DNA of 64,000 nt from a virus. Lineage: Duplodnaviria > Heunggongvirae > Uroviricota > Caudoviricetes. Below the pieces are notes generated by a model. That model was not told the origin of the DNA and did not search any database. It was given only the letters and a program-made list of their open reading frames with translations. The translations under genes and the position numbers were made by a program. Positions 61,176 to 64,000 of the stretch are shown here, in pieces. The number at the start of each line of letters is the position of its first letter. Position 1 is the stretch's first letter. The stretch is taken from the IMG/VR virus record IMGVR_UViG_3300025117_000034; one strand, written 5' to 3'.

Positions 61176-63572
61176 CTACCCTACCACTGTCACATAGCAA
61201 TTAACAGTGTTACCACTGAAATCAACCACTACATTGTTTGTATCGTTGTAACTAACCTTCCAAGGAATTACAACTTCATTGTTTGAGATAACTGTTACCT
61301 GGGGATACGCTACAGCAAGAGCATGGTTAACAGTGTAGAATGTATTGGCTGTGAGGTTAGGTGATTCATAGGTGCGTGAAACTCTTGCCCCCTCAATCAT
61401 TACCCCAGTGTTAAACGTAGTTCCACCGTTGTGTGACACGGTAGCTACATCCAGTGCACCACCAATAATAGAGGTGGTTGTAGCTGCATTGGACGAGAAT
61501 ATAATACCCTCATCTGTGAACCTCACATTTGCATTATCAGCCGTGATTTGCAGGTTAGCGGAAATCTGCATCTCTCCCGATAAGTGACTGATAGTAGCTA
61601 CATCTAAAGCACCACCAATAATAGAAGTTGAAGTAGCAGAGTTGGACGATAGAATAATACCTTCATCGGTGATGCGTACATTGCCATTGTCACCTGTAAT
61701 CTGAATGTTGGCTGAAATCTGCATCTCACTTGTTAGGTGGCTAATTGTGGCTACATCAAGTGCGCCACCTATAATCGAAGTACTCGTAGCGGAGTTAGAA
61801 GAAAGAACAATCCCCTCATCAGTGAAGCGAACATTTGCGTTATCGGCAGTGATTTGCAAGTTAGCTGAAATCTGCATCTCGCTTGATAGGTGGGAGATGG
61901 TAGCTACGTCCAAGGACTTGTTAGCAGATATTAGAACATCACTAAACAACTCAATACTATCCTCTGCCCTTAGCGTTATGATTCCTGGGTCTGTAAATAG
62001 AATGGCATTGTCATTTGCGCCAAACTGAAATCCATAGCCATTGCCTGTACCCTCTATCTGCATACCCTGATTTAGTGTTATACCTGTTACTACATTGGTA
62101 CCACCACTATGTGATATTGTGGTTACATCCAGGGTACCATTTGCGGTTAGTGTCACAGTATTTGTACCAAGATCAAACAGAAGTGCTGTGTTACCCTCGC
62201 CTACTTGTAGGGTATCTCCACCACCACCCATTAGAATCTTGTAAACTCTCCACTCGTCTGTGTTGTTCTGTGCCCCTACGTTACCCCATATTTGAACCTC
62301 TGTGGCTGTTATCCCTATCTGCCCATTGTGTGATACAGTGGTTACATCAAGAGTGCCAGCAATAGCAGTGTTACCACTGAGTTCAATTAGGTCTTCAGTA
62401 ATATTAACCTCAATAGAACCTGAGGCAACGTCAAAGTTGATACCGTTCTTAGCTGAAATATTAGCCCAGCCATCATCACCAAGAGCTAGTGATGTTGGCT
62501 CTGCTGACACTGCATTTAGATTGAAGTTTGCCGCTGTCAGATTAATGGTACTGTTATGGCTAACAGTAGCTACGTCAAGTGCACCACCAATAATAGAGGT
62601 AGTTGTAGCTACATTTGATGATAGGATAATGCCTTCATCAGTGATACGAACATTACCATTATCTCCTGTAATCTGAAGGTTAGCTGAAATTTGCATCTCG
62701 CTTGTCAGATGGCTAATAGTGGCTACATCGAGAACACCATTTGTGGTGACAGTAACAATCTCTGCATTAAGGTTAATGTAGGGGTAAGAAACTGCGAAGC
62801 TATCTGAGTCATAGTTCATGTCAATGGTGTAGCCGTCGCCGCTGCCGATAAGGATGTTACCTGTATGAGCAATGGTGGCTACGTCTAGTGTACCATTTGC
62901 TGTAATGTTTACGAAAGGTGAGTTTAGGTCAATATAACTAGCAGCATTTAACTCAATACCACTGTCATCCCACAACTTAATAACAGAACCAGCGTTGTTT
63001 GACAGAGTAATAATTGACACGGTTGATGTACCACCAATGTCAATATTACCGCTATGACTAATAGTAGCAACGTCAAGCGTTGAGTTTATACTTACCAGAG
63101 GTGATACAAGGTTAATTAGGTCATCCCCACCAACAATCTCAATCTTTACTCCGTTTGAACCCTGAAGAGTAAGATTGTCAACTGCACTTGCATCAATGTT
63201 ACCGGCTTCAATTACCATATCAACAGCATTGATAGGAGTGTTAAATGTTACACCACCATTGTGGCTAATGGTATGGACATCAAGTAAACCAATAATGTTA
63301 ACTGTATCAGCAAAGTAGGAGTTTCCATTAACTGTTAGTGTATCAAAAGGCTCATCACCGAGAACAGTGTTACCGCTTGCATGTAGATTACCACTAATCT
63401 CAATACTGTTTACTGTTACAACGTCACCTGCAACATATAAATCAGCAGCAACAAGTCTTCCATTAACCGACACATCTTGCATAATAACTGTAGCAAGGTT
63501 AACAGTGTTGGTAGCTGTTAAGTTATTGAATACAGAATCATTAGCAGTAATATTACCAAGTATACGTGACAT
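61176..63572 (-). CDS. tail fibre / tailspike-like protein with internal ~50-aa repeats
   Basis: Four copies of ALDVATISHL.SEMQISANLQITADNANVRFTDEGIILSSN.ATSTSIIGG. C-terminal ...TVVG shared with the next fibre gene. Confidence 0.6.
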   Translation of the reverse strand: MSRILGNITANDSVFNNLTATNTVNLATVIMQDVSVNGRLVAADLYVAGDVVTVNSIEISGNLHASGNTVLGDEPFDTLTVNGNSYFADTVNIIGLLDVHTISHNGGVTFNTPINAVDMVIEAGNIDASAVDNLTLQGSNGVKIEIVGGDDLINLVSPLVSINSTLDVATISHSGNIDIGGTSTVSIITLSNNAGSVIKLWDDSGIELNAASYIDLNSPFVNITANGTLDVATIAHTGNILIGSGDGYTIDMNYDSDSFAVSYPYINLNAEIVTVTTNGVLDVATISHLTSEMQISANLQITGDNGNVRITDEGIILSSNVATTTSIIGGALDVATVSHNSTINLTAANFNLNAVSAEPTSLALGDDGWANISAKNGINFDVASGSIEVNITEDLIELSGNTAIAGTLDVTTVSHNGQIGITATEVQIWGNVGAQNNTDEWRVYKILMGGGGDTLQVGEGNTALLFDLGTNTVTLTANGTLDVTTISHSGGTNVVTGITLNQGMQIEGTGNGYGFQFGANDNAILFTDPGIITLRAEDSIELFSDVLISANKSLDVATISHLSSEMQISANLQITADNANVRFTDEGIVLSSNSATSTSIIGGALDVATISHLTSEMQISANIQITGDNGNVRITDEGIILSSNSATSTSIIGGALDVATISHLSGEMQISANLQITADNANVRFTDEGIIFSSNAATTTSIIGGALDVATVSHNGGTTFNTGVMIEGARVSRTYESPNLTANTFYTVNHALAVAYPQVTVISNNEVVIPWKVSYNDTNNVVVDFSGNTVNCYVTVVG
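61436..61900. repeat. 3 tandem ~150-nt coding repeats (4th copy at ~62555..62705)
   Basis: Seen directly (e.g. gctacatc...caccaataatagaggt...gaaatctgcatctc). Confidence 0.8.
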
Positions 63573-63582
63573 TTATATTCTC

Positions 63583-64000
63583 CTACCCTACCACTGAAAT
63601 CGTTACATCATAAGAAGCATTGAAGCTAACAGTTACTGAATTAGCATCTACAACATCAATGCTGTCAGCACCATACTGTTTGTTGGCTGAGTATATCTGA
63701 ACGATTGGTACCATGTTATTAACTGAATGAACAACTAGGTAGGAGCTTGCACTATTATATGTCTGGCTGAAAAAGTGTGGTACTCCTGGTGCACTAAATG
63801 AACCCGAAACTGTAAGGTCATTATCAACTAAAGCATTGTTAAAAGTAACGTCACCCAGATCAAGACCATTAGTAAACAGAACATCACCATTAAAGGTGAT
63901 TGTATTACCACTCATCTCAATTGCTGTGGTACCTGTAATGCCATCTGTAGCAGCTACAACAAGCTTTAGTTTCTTTGTTGAGCTAATACGTGAGTCAACG
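63583..64000 (-). CDS. tail fibre-like protein (partial; N-terminus beyond window end)
   Basis: The frame stays open to the window edge upstream of the listed Met. C-terminal ...TISVVG. Confidence 0.5.
   Translation of the reverse strand, partial: VDSRISSTKKLKLVVAATDGITGTTAIEMSGNTITFNGDVLFTNGLDLGDVTFNNALVDNDLTVSGSFSAPGVPHFFSQTYNSASSYLVVHSVNNMVPIVQIYSANKQYGADSIDVVDANSVTVSFNASYDVTISVVG

Overview
The window reads as one contiguous piece of a large virulent tailed-phage genome. More than 120 tightly packed genes run on the minus strand (transcription from high to low coordinates), and many stops and starts overlap as ATGA or TGATG. The major capsid protein at 48451..49932 shares a diagnostic T4 gp23 motif, so I treat the phage as T4-like. 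Other landmarks: a canonical tRNA-Met, two aberrant tRNA-like elements, an HNH homing endonuclease, a single plus-strand RusA resolvase at a strand switch, and a GC-rich moron with flanking hairpins. The accessory half (1..36000) holds the most unusual content. (1) A colinear operon 1..4610 encodes a tandem MIB/HERC2-domain protein, a candidate E2-like protein, a ThiF/MoeB-type E1, a JAB/JAMM metalloprotease and an MBL-fold hydrolase. Three ThiS/MoaD-like beta-grasp domains lie 4-5 kb away (7723..8575), and a MoaA/viperin-like radical SAM enzyme sits at 13615..14547. (2) A Preiss-Handler NAD+ salvage trio PncA-PncB-NadE (9051..11670) and a Nudix ADP-ribose-pyrophosphatase-like gene (30815..31369). 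(3) Several paralogous families of Cys-rich mini-proteins and recurrent nucleotide motifs. (4) An SPFH/band-7 protein with a membrane partner, a methyltransferase/glycosyltransferase cluster, and a dual-GT4 glycosyltransferase. The structural half (39700..64000) holds acidic and large virion-type proteins, candidate portal, protease/scaffold and capsid genes, a candidate lysis cassette and repeat-containing tail-fibre genes. All calls are by eye from motifs; no searches were run.
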